Shown here piece after piece: positions 32,819 through 33,096 of a stretch of DNA of 33,096 nucleotides (position 1 is the stretch's first letter; each line of letters opens with the position of its first letter). Below the pieces are notes generated by a model. It made no database searches. It was not told the origin of the DNA and saw only the letters and a list, made by a program, of their open reading frames with translations. The stretch is from the IMG/VR virus record IMGVR_UViG_3300025671_000259, positions 1 to 33,096 of that record; one strand, 5' to 3'. This stretch comes from a virus. Taxonomy: Duplodnaviria; Caudoviricetes. Both the position numbers and the translations under genes were made by a program.

Positions 32819-33096
32819 CTTTCTCGTCTAACATGGAAGGCCGAGACATCGCCTCCCTCATCAACGAAACAGCATCAGCCCTTGGCGCCGACCCTGTCGA
32901 CCTAGCAACCGTCATCTCCTACGAGACAGGTGGCACCTTCGACCCCATGGAAGTCGGCCCAACCACCAAGTGGGGACAGCACCGTGGCCTCATCCAATTT
33001 GGCGAACCCCAAGCCGAACAGTACGGCGCAGACTTCTCATCCGCAGACGCAGCCCTCACCTCACAACTCGGAGCCAACGGAGCCATCGTCAGATAC
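32815..33096 (+). CDS. Lytic transglycosylase/lysozyme-like protein, truncated by window end
   Basis: ASALGADPVDLATVISYETGG (catalytic Glu context) and GLIQF motif; frame open to window end. Confidence 0.75.
   Translation, partial: MTFSSNMEGRDIASLINETASALGADPVDLATVISYETGGTFDPMEVGPTTKWGQHRGLIQFGEPQAEQYGADFSSADAALTSQLGANGAIVRY

Larger units (their letters stand above)
1..33096. mobile_element. Bacteriophage genome segment (podovirus-like Caudoviricetes); portal and terminase lie outside the window
   Basis: Contiguous capsid, tail, ejection, lysis, recombination and replication genes with tight ATGA/TAATG overlaps; no host housekeeping genes. Confidence 0.97.

Overview
This window is about 33 kb of a tailed dsDNA phage with podovirus-like gene order. 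The host is probably an alphaproteobacterium, inferred from systematic GANTC avoidance. The + strand from 1 to 24844 is the late region: scaffold, SU10/DUF5309-like major capsid protein, adaptor, nozzle, tail fibre, a cupin, three lysine-poor ejection-type proteins, a 3207-aa cysteine-free polyvalent protein (two HExxH metallopeptidase-like modules and an ADP-ribosyltransferase-like module), and a holin/amidase lysis cassette. The - strand from 24841 to 28053 is an early recombination operon (DUF6378-like protein, Cas4-like PD-(D/E)xK nuclease, SSB, AAA_24/Sak4-like ATPase). The + strand from 28159 to 33096 carries a Cro-like HTH protein, primase-polymerase/helicase, an HTH+Zn-finger protein, a Holliday junction resolvase, a chain of tiny basic ORFs and a truncated lytic transglycosylase. 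Terminase and portal are not in the window, and I recognised no RNA polymerase, family A/B DNA polymerase or integrase. The most notable signals are cis-regulatory. (1) A non-canonical late-promoter motif, GGACGA[C/A]-N18/19-YAYNNT, occurs in 6-7 copies in front of late genes. (2) A palindromic operator, ACACC-N4-GGTGT, occurs in 3 perfect copies and 1 near-perfect copy. (3) A 20-nt UNCG hairpin with a base-pair-preserving change is shared by the scaffold and capsid leaders. (4) A 110-bp branched inverted-repeat element lies near the end of the prim-pol/helicase gene. Together these suggest a repressor -> activator -> late-promoter cascade, which remains inference. All family names come from recognising motifs by eye, not from database searches.
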